DNA of 64,000 nt from positions 512,001 through 576,000 of the forward strand of contig CAVSBQ010000002.1 in the NCBI GenBank assembly GCA_963726265.1. The letters run 5' to 3'. This DNA comes from Candidatus Aenigmatarchaeota archaeon (GTDB taxonomy: Archaea; Aenigmatarchaeota; Aenigmatarchaeia; QMZP01; QMZT01). Made by a program: the position numbers and the translations under genes. How positions within the stretch are numbered: position 1 is the first letter of the stretch; the number at the start of each line of letters is the position of its first letter. The notes beneath the pieces were generated by a model. The model was not told the DNA's origin. It was given only the letters and a program-made list of their open reading frames with translations, and did not search any database. Below, piece by piece: positions 1 through 8,379 of the stretch.

Positions 1-176
1 ACCCTGCCCGCCTTCCTTGCCAGTGCCTTCGTGAGTATGCCGAAACCGGCGCCTATTTCCAGCACCGTGTCCCTGCGGCCTACGCCGGCACACGAGACTA
101 GTCTTTCGACGGTTTCCCGGCTCGTCATCATGTGCTGGTCTTTCGCCGGCTCCGTCTGGAAGGCTTCTTTCCTCAT
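1..176 (-). CDS. rsmA: 16S rRNA dimethyladenosine transferase KsgA/RsmA, 5' part (runs off window)
   Basis: Manual translation MRKEAFQTEPAKDQHMM...VLEIGAGFGILTKALARKAGR matches the KsgA N-terminal (G/D)QH and VLEIGxGxGxLT motifs; ATG overlaps the stop of the upstream gene (ATGA). Confidence 0.85.
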   Translation of the reverse strand, partial: MRKEAFQTEPAKDQHMMTSRETVERLVSCAGVGRRDTVLEIGAGFGILTKALARKAGR

Positions 177-1819
177 ATTTTTTTCTCTCTGAAGAAATGG
201 TCTATTTTCTGGACGAACCTGTCCCCTGAGACGTATTCGGGTATGATGACGACATCGGCGCCGGCCTTGTATATCCTCTCCGCCTCAACCCTGTCCGGTG
301 CCCTTGCGAAAATCCTTATCTTCGGGTTCGCGCGCCTGGCCTTCTTGACCACGAACGACGTTACGTCGGGGTAGGGTATGGTCAGAATGAGCAGCTTGGC
401 CTTGTCGAGGAAAATCTTGCCCATCATTTCCTCGTTCTCCGCGTCCCCGTACAAAACATACATGCCCCTGCCCTTCAGGTTTTTCACTATCGCCGGGTCC
501 CTTTCCACGACGACGAATTTCTCCCTCCTGCCCTTGAGGTAGTATATTATTTTCTCGCCCATGGTGTGCGCCCCGAAAAGGACCGTGTGGTTTTTGATGG
601 CTTCGGGCGGATTTTCCATGTCACGGATGTTTTTGGGATGGATGAGATGCGACATCGGGATTTTGAAGCGCGAAAAGAAATTATAGAATATGTTTTTCGC
701 CGCAATCATGTAGGGCGTGGTGACGATGGAGATGACGACCAGGCTCACCAGAAGCGAGTAGAACTCCCGCGTTATGCTGCCGACTCTAATCAGTTCTGCC
801 GCTATTATGAACACGAATTCGCTGGTCTGGCCGAGGCCGAGGCCTATGTATGCGGCCGTTCTTCCTCCGTAGCCGAGCAGGAGATACGTCGCCGCAAGTA
901 TCGCCGGCTTGAGGAACATCAGCATGAGCAGAATGGTTATGAAAAACGGGAGCGAATTGCCTATGGCAATGAAGCTGAATTGCATGCCCATGCTCGAGAA
1001 AAACAATATGGAAAAGAAGTCTCGAAGGGAATGGACTTCGCCCTCTATCTCGAGGTTATAGGGGAAATTCGCCATCGAAATGCCGGCTATGAAGCCGCCT
1101 ATGGCAATCGAGAAGCCAAGCACGTAGGAAACGCCGATGAAAAAGAAGCAGTTGGCCACGGCAGTCAGGAAAAGTATCTCATGCCCCCGTGCGGCGTAGT
1201 CCATGAGCCTGGGGAACAGGAATTTGTTCACGAGTATTGCGACCGCGAAAAGACCCAGGCCCTTGAGCGCGAAGAAGGCGAACATCTCTAAGGATATCAC
1301 GGGCAGGGAAAGGTAAAGGCTCAGCATGGGCAGCACGATAACGGCCACGATGTCCTGCAGGATGAGCACGCCGACCATTATCCTGCCGTGGAGCGTGCCG
1401 AGCTCGTCCTTGTCCGCGAGGACCTTGGCCACTATCATGGTGCTCGATATGGCCATCATGAGGCCGACGTAAACCCCCATCATGCCTGGCATGCCGAATG
1501 CGGTCGCGGCAAGAAAGCCTGCGGCGAATGTCAGCACCATCTGGACGGTCCCGCCGACAAGCGTAGCGAAGCCCACATCCTCGATGCGCCTGAAATCGAG
1601 CTCGAGACCGACGGAGAAAAGCAGGAATATTATGCCGAGTTCGGACAGGATGCTTATTTCCTCCGTGTTGGTTATCAAGCCCAGGCCGGCAGGGCCGACT
1701 ATAAGGCCGGCGACGACATATGCAAGTATCACCGGCTGCCTGAGGAAACGAGCGGCGTATGCCAGCACGGCCGAAACGAGGATTATCACGCCGACGTCGA
1801 ACAGGAGGGGCAGTGCCAT
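173..1819 (-). CDS. CPA2-family (Kef-type) cation/H+ antiporter with C-terminal TrkA-N/KTN domain
   Basis: About 12 hydrophobic segments, ELGIIFLLFSVGLE and ILQD motifs, C-terminal Rossmann-like GAHTMG...YGDA domain. Confidence 0.9.
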   Translation of the reverse strand: MALPLLFDVGVIILVSAVLAYAARFLRQPVILAYVVAGLIVGPAGLGLITNTEEISILSELGIIFLLFSVGLELDFRRIEDVGFATLVGGTVQMVLTFAAGFLAATAFGMPGMMGVYVGLMMAISSTMIVAKVLADKDELGTLHGRIMVGVLILQDIVAVIVLPMLSLYLSLPVISLEMFAFFALKGLGLFAVAILVNKFLFPRLMDYAARGHEILFLTAVANCFFFIGVSYVLGFSIAIGGFIAGISMANFPYNLEIEGEVHSLRDFFSILFFSSMGMQFSFIAIGNSLPFFITILLMLMFLKPAILAATYLLLGYGGRTAAYIGLGLGQTSEFVFIIAAELIRVGSITREFYSLLVSLVVISIVTTPYMIAAKNIFYNFFSRFKIPMSHLIHPKNIRDMENPPEAIKNHTVLFGAHTMGEKIIYYLKGRREKFVVVERDPAIVKNLKGRGMYVLYGDAENEEMMGKIFLDKAKLLILTIPYPDVTSFVVKKARRANPKIRIFARAPDRVEAERIYKAGADVVIIPEYVSGDRFVQKIDHFFREKKI

Positions 1820-1860
1820 ATTATAATCTTAAACTGCAACATAATAAAAAACGGTATCTT

Positions 1861-2934
1861 ATGGGAAGGGAAGAAGATATAAAGAAAATCGAAGAGGAGA
1901 TACACAAGACCAAATACAACAAGGCGACGCAATACCATTTCGGCCAGCTCAAGGCGAAGCTCGCGCGGCTCAACGAGGAAGCGGAGTCCGGCGGCAAAGC
2001 CGGGGCAGGCGGCAAGGTTTTCTCGGTCAAAAAATCAGGCGACGCGACCGTTTTACTGGTCGGCTTCCCTTCCGTGGGAAAATCGACGCTTCTCAACAGG
2101 ATAACTTCCGCCGAATCCAAGGTGGGCGATTACGACTTCACGACGCTCGACGTCATCCCGGGCATGATGGAATACAACTCCGCCCACATACAAGTGCTCG
2201 ACATCCCGGGAATAGTCTCTGGCGCTTCCGCCGGCCGAGGCCGCGGAAAGAAGATCTTATCCGTGATCAGGAATGCGGACCTCATTGTCATCATGATAGA
2301 CAAGCCGGAGCAGCTTCCGGTGATCCAGAGCGAGATGCACGACGCCGGCTTCAGACTGAACAGCAGGAAACCCGAAGTCGTGATAAGGAAGACGGAGAGG
2401 GGCGGCATAAAGGTCGCCGGCGTGAGGCTGAGGCACGTGGACGAGAAAATGGTCAAGGTGGTCATGAACGAGCGCGGCATCCACAACGCCGACGTAATCA
2501 TCCGGGAAGACGTAACCCTCGACAGGCTCATAGACGCGACTTCCGGCAACCGCTCGTATGTCAAGGCGCTCGTGATTTACTCCAAGTCCGACCTGCTGAA
2601 CGAAGAAAGAAGGAAGTCGCTTCCGAAAGACTTCATGAAGGTGTCCGCGCTCAGGGGCGAGGGCATAGAGGAACTGAAGAAGGCGATATGGAGCAGGCTC
2701 GACCTCATGCGCGTTTACATGAAGAGGCTCGGCAAGCCGCCTGACATGGAGAAGCCGCTGATAGTCAGGAAGCCTTCGAGCGTCTACGACGTCGCCGAAA
2801 GGATACACAAGGAATTCGCAAGGAACCTTGACCATGCCAGGATATGGGGGCCTTCGGCGAAATTCGAGGGCCAGAAGGTCGGGATAAAGCACATTCTCAA
2901 GGACTGCGACGTCGTCGAGCTGCATATGACATAA
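1861..2934 (+). CDS. DRG/Rbg (OBG family) GTPase with TGS domain
   Basis: TKYNKATQYHFGQLKAKLA, GFPSVGKS, YDFTT, DIPG motifs and C-terminal TGS (ARIWGPSAKFEGQKVG). ATG at 1861 preferred over the track's 1759. Confidence 0.95.
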   Translation: MGREEDIKKIEEEIHKTKYNKATQYHFGQLKAKLARLNEEAESGGKAGAGGKVFSVKKSGDATVLLVGFPSVGKSTLLNRITSAESKVGDYDFTTLDVIPGMMEYNSAHIQVLDIPGIVSGASAGRGRGKKILSVIRNADLIVIMIDKPEQLPVIQSEMHDAGFRLNSRKPEVVIRKTERGGIKVAGVRLRHVDEKMVKVVMNERGIHNADVIIREDVTLDRLIDATSGNRSYVKALVIYSKSDLLNEERRKSLPKDFMKVSALRGEGIEELKKAIWSRLDLMRVYMKRLGKPPDMEKPLIVRKPSSVYDVAERIHKEFARNLDHARIWGPSAKFEGQKVGIKHILKDCDVVELHMT

Positions 2935-2986
2935 AACACGAAGCGTGAAGCCAAATTAATTTAAGTTCCAAGGTGGAATAAGAAGC

Positions 2987-3106
2987 ATGGCCAAATTCCG
3001 CTGTCTTCAGTGCAGGTGGGAAGGCAAGCCCATCATAATGGAGCCTGTCACAAAAGTTTGTCCGAAGTGCGGTTCTGTAAGGCTGGAAAAGCTGAAAAAG
3101 GAATAA
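2987..3106 (+). CDS. 39-aa zinc-ribbon microprotein (CxxC...CPxCG)
   Basis: MAKFRCLQCRWEGKPIIMEPVTKVCPKCGSVRLEKLKKE*; AT-rich TATA-like AATTAATTTAA about 25-30 nt upstream; fills an intergenic gap. Confidence 0.75.
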   Translation: MAKFRCLQCRWEGKPIIMEPVTKVCPKCGSVRLEKLKKE

Positions 3107-3127
3107 TTTCTGGAAAACCGTTAACTA

Positions 3128-3159
3128 TTTTAGTCATTAATCCAACTACATGACTAAAA
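3128..3159. promoter_or_regulatory. Perfect 10-bp inverted repeat TTTTAGTCAT-N12-ATGACTAAAA, possible operator
   Basis: Arms at 3128-3137 and 3150-3159 are exact reverse complements, upstream of the ORF at 3175. Confidence 0.45.
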
Positions 3160-3174
3160 ACTTCCGGTCAGTTC

Positions 3175-3342
3175 ATGGAAAGTAAAAACTGCATGGAGTG
3201 CGACAGGAGCCACAACTCTGCCGCGCTTGTTGTCTGCAAAAAAACGAAAAAGCCTGTTTGCAGGGACTGCTGCACGAGGGCGAACGGCGGCTTCAGAAAC
3301 TGCGTTGACTGGAACTTCTGCTGGACCAGCTTTTACATCTGA
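3175..3342 (+). CDS. 55-aa Cys-rich microprotein (8 Cys), probable metal-binding protein
   Basis: MESKNCMECDRSHNSAALVVCKKTKKPVCRDCCTRANGGFRNCVDWNFCWTSFYI*; two CxxC pairs; convergent with primase (10-nt overlap). Confidence 0.6.
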   Translation: MESKNCMECDRSHNSAALVVCKKTKKPVCRDCCTRANGGFRNCVDWNFCWTSFYI

Positions 3343-4646
3343 GGGCGACGCTTTCTTTTGCCCGGCTTGTGAGTTTTATCGTGCCTTTCCTTCTCTGCCT
3401 TCTCCATGCCCCTGAGCGCGTAATTGAGCGGATTTTTCAGGCCCTTGCATTTCTCGTCCGGCTTGCATGCGCCGAAGGCCTTATACCATCCCTCGCCGCT
3501 GCAGTTCGGCGGCAGGACCTCCTTGTTTCTCGTCCTGTGCCACCTGACATGCGAACGGATGTAGCTTTCCGGCAGCGGCGGCTTGTTCTTGGCGTTCCAC
3601 TCGATGATGAACTTCTCGATGTCGTCCCAGCTCCATTTGGAGGAGCGCAGGAAGTTTAGCAGGATGAAAAGCGAGCGCTTCCTGCCGTCCGAAAGGCCAC
3701 CCAAGATGTTTTTCACGCACGGTGGGAAGCGTTCCAGAGGGACGGGCCTCGTTATCTGCAATCCTCTTCCGACGCGCTTCTCTTCCTTCTTCTTCATCCT
3801 CGCATGCCAGTCCAGCGCCTCGGCTATCAGCAGTTCGGCCTCGTTTTTCTCACCGTTGCCGAGGAAATGCGCATCGACCTTGACGTTTTCCGCCTTGGCC
3901 TGCATCCTTTCGAAGGCGTCGAGCCTTTCCGGCTTGAGCGGCAGGGAAACCAGAAACGTTTTTCCGTTCAGCGAGTAAGGCATGCGGAAAAGGTGCCTGG
4001 GCGATATGAGCACCGGGTCGACGTCCAGAATCTCGTATACGTTAAGCCCGTCGTCGGTGAGGATTTTGCCGAGCGGCTTGTTGACCTGGTGCGAAAGCTC
4101 CTCGGCCGAATATTTTTTGAACAGGTTTTTTTCCAGGCGCTCGAAGACGAAGTCCTTGAGATACATGACTATTTTCCTGGCGAGCTCGGGATAGAGGGAA
4201 ACGGACGGCTTGTAGTCTATGGTCTTGGGTATCGCTTCCCACGGGACGCCTAGATGGAAGCCGGTCCCGCCCGTGAATTTTATGGACACCCCGCGTATGT
4301 CGTGCTTTTTCAGGCCCCAGATGAACGCTTCGCTAGCGATTTTGCCGTGCTCGAAGAGCTTGCAGTCTATGTCCATTATAATATCCCAGCCCGTCCGCAG
4401 TTGCTCGTAGTTGTCCTGGCGCAGGCTCATGGGCTGCGACCAGCGCTCCAGCGACGAATGGAACTCGACTACGCCCGTCTTGACCATCGCGCTTATGTCG
4501 TTAGGATACAGCACGATGTTCGGCCGCTGCGAGAAACTTCCGCTGCGAAAGACGCCGACTACTTCCCTGTCCTTGCCGAAGTTGAGCAGGAAGTTCTGCA
4601 CGTCCTCGCGCGAGTAGTATTCGTATACTCTCCTCAGGTCCATCAT
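3333..4646 (-). CDS. Fused archaeal DNA primase (PriS catalytic domain + PriL C-terminal Fe-S domain)
   Basis: AEP motifs MDIDC, FTGGTGFHL, RHLFRMPYSLN followed by PriL-CTD motifs FPPCVKNIL, DGRKR, PPNC...C...C..KNP. Confidence 0.9.
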   Translation of the reverse strand: MMDLRRVYEYYSREDVQNFLLNFGKDREVVGVFRSGSFSQRPNIVLYPNDISAMVKTGVVEFHSSLERWSQPMSLRQDNYEQLRTGWDIIMDIDCKLFEHGKIASEAFIWGLKKHDIRGVSIKFTGGTGFHLGVPWEAIPKTIDYKPSVSLYPELARKIVMYLKDFVFERLEKNLFKKYSAEELSHQVNKPLGKILTDDGLNVYEILDVDPVLISPRHLFRMPYSLNGKTFLVSLPLKPERLDAFERMQAKAENVKVDAHFLGNGEKNEAELLIAEALDWHARMKKKEEKRVGRGLQITRPVPLERFPPCVKNILGGLSDGRKRSLFILLNFLRSSKWSWDDIEKFIIEWNAKNKPPLPESYIRSHVRWHRTRNKEVLPPNCSGEGWYKAFGACKPDEKCKGLKNPLNYALRGMEKAEKERHDKTHKPGKRKRRPQM

Positions 4647-4682
4647 AGGTATAGATTAATGGCAGGGATTAAATTATTTAAC

Positions 4683-5537
4683 ATGAAAGTCGTCTTTTCG
4701 CCCGAGTGCCTCGGCTACGACGCGCCAGGCCACCCGGAATCGAGCGAGCGCGTGCGCAGGACGCATTCGCTTCTCGCCAACTTCAGGGAGTTCGAGTTCG
4801 TCAAACCGGAGCCGTGCACGAGGCAGGACCTGCTTCTCATCCACTCTGCCAAAATGATAGACGAGATAAAGCACGACAGGTTTTTCAATCCGGAAACCCC
4901 GGCTCTCCCGGACATTTACGACTACGCGAAGCTCTCCGTTGGCGGCGCGCTGCTCGCCATAGACTTCGCGTTAAAAGGGGAGAAAGCATTCTCGTTGCTT
5001 CGGCCGCCCGGCCATCATGCAGGCAAGGCGAATTTCGAGGGCTTCTGCTACTTCAACAACGTCGCCATCGCCGTCGCGAAGGCGCTGAAAACGAAAAAAG
5101 TTAAGAGGGTCGCGATAATCGACGTCGACGTCCACCACTGCAACGGCACGCAGGCCATATTCCTCGGTAGGAAAGACGTGCTCGTCGCCTCGCTCCACCA
5201 GTTCGGGCCGTTTTTTTATCCGGGCACGGGCAAGCATTCTGAAAAGAACTGCCTGAACTTCCCGCTCGACAGCGGCACAGAGGAACCGTTATATCTCCAG
5301 AAACTCGAGGTCGCGCTCGAAGCAGTCGAGGCTTTCAAACCCGACCTCGTCGCTGTTTCAGCGGGCTTCGATACGCTCGACGGCGATCCGATAGCGAGCC
5401 TCAAGCTACAGGTCAGCACGTATTCCAAAATCTCGAAGCTGATCGTCGAACTGAAGAGACCTAGCTTCGCCGTCCTCGAGGGCGGCTACAGCCAGAAGCT
5501 GCCGGAATGCGTTTACGCCTTCCTGAAAAACTTTTAA
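4683..5537 (+). CDS. Histone deacetylase (HDAC/AcuC) family protein
   Basis: HPES, RPPGHHA, GFCYFNN, DVDVHHCNGTQ, SAGFD, LEGGY motifs; start at ATG 4683 (MKVVFSPEC). Confidence 0.95.
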   Translation: MKVVFSPECLGYDAPGHPESSERVRRTHSLLANFREFEFVKPEPCTRQDLLLIHSAKMIDEIKHDRFFNPETPALPDIYDYAKLSVGGALLAIDFALKGEKAFSLLRPPGHHAGKANFEGFCYFNNVAIAVAKALKTKKVKRVAIIDVDVHHCNGTQAIFLGRKDVLVASLHQFGPFFYPGTGKHSEKNCLNFPLDSGTEEPLYLQKLEVALEAVEAFKPDLVAVSAGFDTLDGDPIASLKLQVSTYSKISKLIVELKRPSFAVLEGGYSQKLPECVYAFLKNF

Positions 5538-5538
5538 A
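5526..5538 (+). promoter_or_regulatory. Putative BRE/TATA promoter for the thr leader-thrS transcript
   Basis: AAAAACTTTTAAA ends 22 nt before the leader ATG (5561), the spacing expected for a leaderless archaeal transcript. Confidence 0.6.
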
Positions 5539-5560
5539 CTTTCCGGCACAATTAACTTTC

Positions 5561-5626
5561 ATGAACTCCGGCAAGACCAAGAACGCTGACACAACAACCA
5601 CAACGACGACCACTACGACGTGTTAG
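5561..5626 (+). CDS. Putative thrS leader peptide (21 aa, 10 consecutive Thr)
   Basis: ATG AAC TCC GGC AAG ACC AAG AAC GCT GAC ACA ACA ACC ACA ACG ACG ACC ACT ACG ACG TGT TAG; all four Thr codons used; 117 nt upstream of thrS. Confidence 0.8.
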   Translation: MNSGKTKNADTTTTTTTTTTC

Positions 5627-5678
5627 TCCATGGTCCCGGCCGGACTGCTTCTTTCGGTTCTCGGCCAGCCTGGAGTTT
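5624..5678 (+). promoter_or_regulatory. Candidate attenuator RNA with alternative hairpins
   Basis: GGCCG-GACUG (5638-5647) pairs with CGGUU-cu-CGGCC (5655-5666), closed by UCCA/UGGA; alternatively UAGUCC (5624-5629) pairs with GGACUG (5642-5647). Confidence 0.5.
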
Positions 5679-5743
5679 AGGGCTTAGTTTGGATTGAAGT
5701 TAATTAATAACGGCGACAAAAAATAAAGGTAGGGTGATGGCGG

Positions 5744-7639
5744 ATGAAGATACTGTTGCTGCACTCGGATTTCATAGAATGGGAGCCGAAGGAGAAAGCG
5801 CTTTGAAAAGCGCTGCTGACATTGAGAAAAAAGTCAGCAACGTGAAAGAGGTTCTGGTCGTGTTCTCGGCGGTCGAAAAGACGGACGAAGGCAAGGAGAA
5901 GGTGATAATCGAGAAAACGACGGACGAAATACTCAAGGTCATGAAGGACGTGAAGGCGGAGAACGTCGTGATTTATCCCTACGTCCACCTCACAAGGAAC
6001 CCGTCATCGCCTTCTACTGCGATTGCAATCCTCGAAGGCGTCGAGAAGCATCTCAAAGGCAGCGGCGTGAATGTCTACCGCGCGCCTTTCGGCTATTACA
6101 AGAGGTTCACGATATCCGTGAAAGGCCATCCGCTTTCCGAGCTTTCCAGGGAAATCGTTGCGGAAGGCGAGGCGAAAACCGAAATTTCCAAGGCCGTGGA
6201 AAAGGAGAAGACGCTCGTATCCGAATGGTTCGTGATGGATCTCGAAGGGAAGCTGCACAAGCTGCATATCGAGGATGGCAATGTCCACGGCTTTGATTTT
6301 TCGAAACACAAAAACCTGGAGAAATTCGCCCATTACGAGATGGCGAAGTCGAGAATCGCTGACAAAGAGCCGCCGCATGTGAGGCTTATGCGAAAACTGG
6401 AACTGGTCGATTACGAGAGCGGCAGCGACCCGGGCAACCTGCGCTTCCTTCCCAAGGGAAGGCTGATCAAAGGCCTGCTCGAGGATTACGTGACGAGGAA
6501 AACGGTCGAATACGGTGCCATGGAAGTCGAGACTCCGATAATGTATGACTACGAGCATCCTGTGCTTAAGGACTATCTGAACCGCTTCCCGGCGAGGCAG
6601 TACACCATCGAGACGCCGAACAAACGCGTGTTCCTGCGCTTCGCCGCATGCTTCGGCCAGTTCCTCATGGCGAAGGACGCGAACATTTCCTACCGCAACC
6701 TGCCTCTGCGCATGTATGAACTCACGCGCTATTCGTTCCGCGTGGAGCAGCGGGGCGAGCTCGCAGGGCTTCGCAGGCTTCGCGCGTTCACCATGCCCGA
6801 TTGCCACGCCATGTGCAAAGACATCGAACAGGCGAAGGAAGAGATGCTGACGCGCCTGGACCTGGCGAAGGACGTGTTAACCGGCGTAGGAGTGCCGCTG
6901 GACGAGAACCTGGAAGGCGCGCTCAGGGTCGTGAAGGACTTCTATGACGACAACAAGGATTTCCTGCACAGGCTCGTGAAGAAAATCGGCAAACCCGTCC
7001 TTCTCGAAATGTGGAGCAAGCAGTTCTTCTATTTCGTGCTGAAATACGACCTGAACTTCGTGGACGCGCTGGACAAGGCCGCTGCCCTTACGACTGACCA
7101 GATAGACGTTGAGAACGCGAAGCGCTATGGCATAACTTACATGGACAGCGACAACAAGAAGAAGAACCCGATCATCCTGCATCTTTCGCCTTCGGGCGCG
7201 ATAGAACGCGTCATGTATGCGCTGCTCGAGAAGGCGGACATGGAGGCGAAGGCGGGCAGGAATCCCATGCTCCCGTTATGGCTCTGCCCCACGCAGGCGA
7301 GATTCATCCCGGTCTCGGACAAGTTCCTGAAGCAGACCGAGAAGCTCGCCGATGAAGTCGCCAGCGAAGGCATACGCGCCGACGTAGACGATCGCAGCGA
7401 GAGCGTGCAGAAAAAGGTCCGCGACGCAGAGGTCGAATGGGTTCCTTACTCAGTCGTTATCGGCGAAAGGGAGCTTGAGCGAAGGGAAGCTCGCGGTCAG
7501 GTCAAGGGAAACAGGCAAGGTCGAGACGATGTCTCATGAGGCGTTCGTCAAGATGCTGAAGAAGCAAACCAGCGGAATGCCCTTCAAGCAGCTGCCGCTT
7601 CCGAAACTCCTGACCAAGAGGCCGATATTCATAGGTTAG
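5744..7639 (+). CDS. thrS: Archaeal-type threonyl-tRNA synthetase, split over three reading segments by two frameshifts
   Basis: N-terminus [20 protein letters not shown] from ATG 5744 (SD-like GGGTGA at 5732-5737); editing domain YPYVHL and [39 protein letters not shown]-terminus GKLAVRSRE...[15 protein letters not shown] in a shifted frame. Shifts near 5801-5806 and 7474-7481. Confidence 0.93.
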
Positions 7640-7709
7640 CCGCCTTCGGCTTTCGCAAAGTTTTAATAGCGAGCTGCGAACAATTATAATCCAAGCCAGA
7701 TGTGATTTC

Positions 7710-8375
7710 ATGAACATAATACTGCTCGGCCCTCCGGGCATCGGAAAAGGAACGCAGGCGGACGTGCTGGCAGCGAGGCTGCATCTCACGAAGATATGCA
7801 CGGGCGACATGATGCGCGCGGAAGCGGCGAAAGGCACGCCGCTGGGCAGGAAGGTGAAGGGGTACATGGACCGCGGCGAGCTCGTGCCTGACATCATCAC
7901 AATAGAAATCGTCAGGAAAAGGCTGGCCAGGCCCGACTGCAGAAAAGGCTTCATTTTCGACGGCTTCCCGAGGACGCTTGCGCAGGCAAAAGGCCTGGAA
8001 AAGGCGGCCAGGATCGACATGGTCCTGAATTTCAAGGCCCCGCGCAGGGAAATCATGGAGCGCATAACAGGACGCCTCACGTGCAGATTCTGCGGCGAGA
8101 TATACCATAAAAAATTCGCCAGGCCGAAGAAGAACGGCGCCTGCGACAAATGCAGCGGCAAGCTTTACCAGCGCGAGGACCAGAAGGAAGAGGTCGTCAG
8201 GACAAGGCTTCTGGTCTACGAGAAGCAGACCAGGCCGCTCATCGCCTATTACAGAAAGAAGCGCCTTCTGTTCGACATCGACGCGAAAGGCAGGAAGGAA
8301 GATGTCGCGAAAAGGACGTGGAAGGTAATTGATGCTTTCATCAAAACCCCTGGCAGACAGGGAAAGAGGAAGTGA
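7710..8375 (+). CDS. adk: Adenylate kinase (bacterial-type, Zn-lid)
   Basis: GPPGIGKGTQA, TGDMMR, GELVPD, DGFPRT, CxxC...CxxC lid, QRED. Confidence 0.95.
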   Translation: MNIILLGPPGIGKGTQADVLAARLHLTKICTGDMMRAEAAKGTPLGRKVKGYMDRGELVPDIITIEIVRKRLARPDCRKGFIFDGFPRTLAQAKGLEKAARIDMVLNFKAPRREIMERITGRLTCRFCGEIYHKKFARPKKNGACDKCSGKLYQREDQKEEVVRTRLLVYEKQTRPLIAYYRKKRLLFDIDAKGRKEDVAKRTWKVIDAFIKTPGRQGKRK

Positions 8376-8379
8376 TGCT

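Noticed and set aside
566..1291. Long antisense and alternate-frame ORFs (also 10317-12161, 15789-16865, 27971-28630, 32796-33767, 34840-35703 and others)
   Set aside because: Shadow ORFs over well-supported genes in GC3-rich DNA, with no recognisable motifs.
5591..5620. ACN run as a simple trinucleotide microsatellite
   Set aside because: The third position varies over all four bases while AC is fixed, in frame with an ATG and a stop; this fits coding selection, not slippage.
5734..5803. ORF-track N-terminus [12 protein letters not shown] for ThrRS
   Set aside because: The conserved archaeal ThrRS start (MKILLLHSD) is in another frame at 5744, with a properly spaced SD-like sequence.
5801..5806. 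prfB-type +1 programmed frameshift at CTT TGA
   Set aside because: A +1 shift gives GAA AAG CGC TGC TGA and terminates; restoring ThrRS needs -1 or +2.
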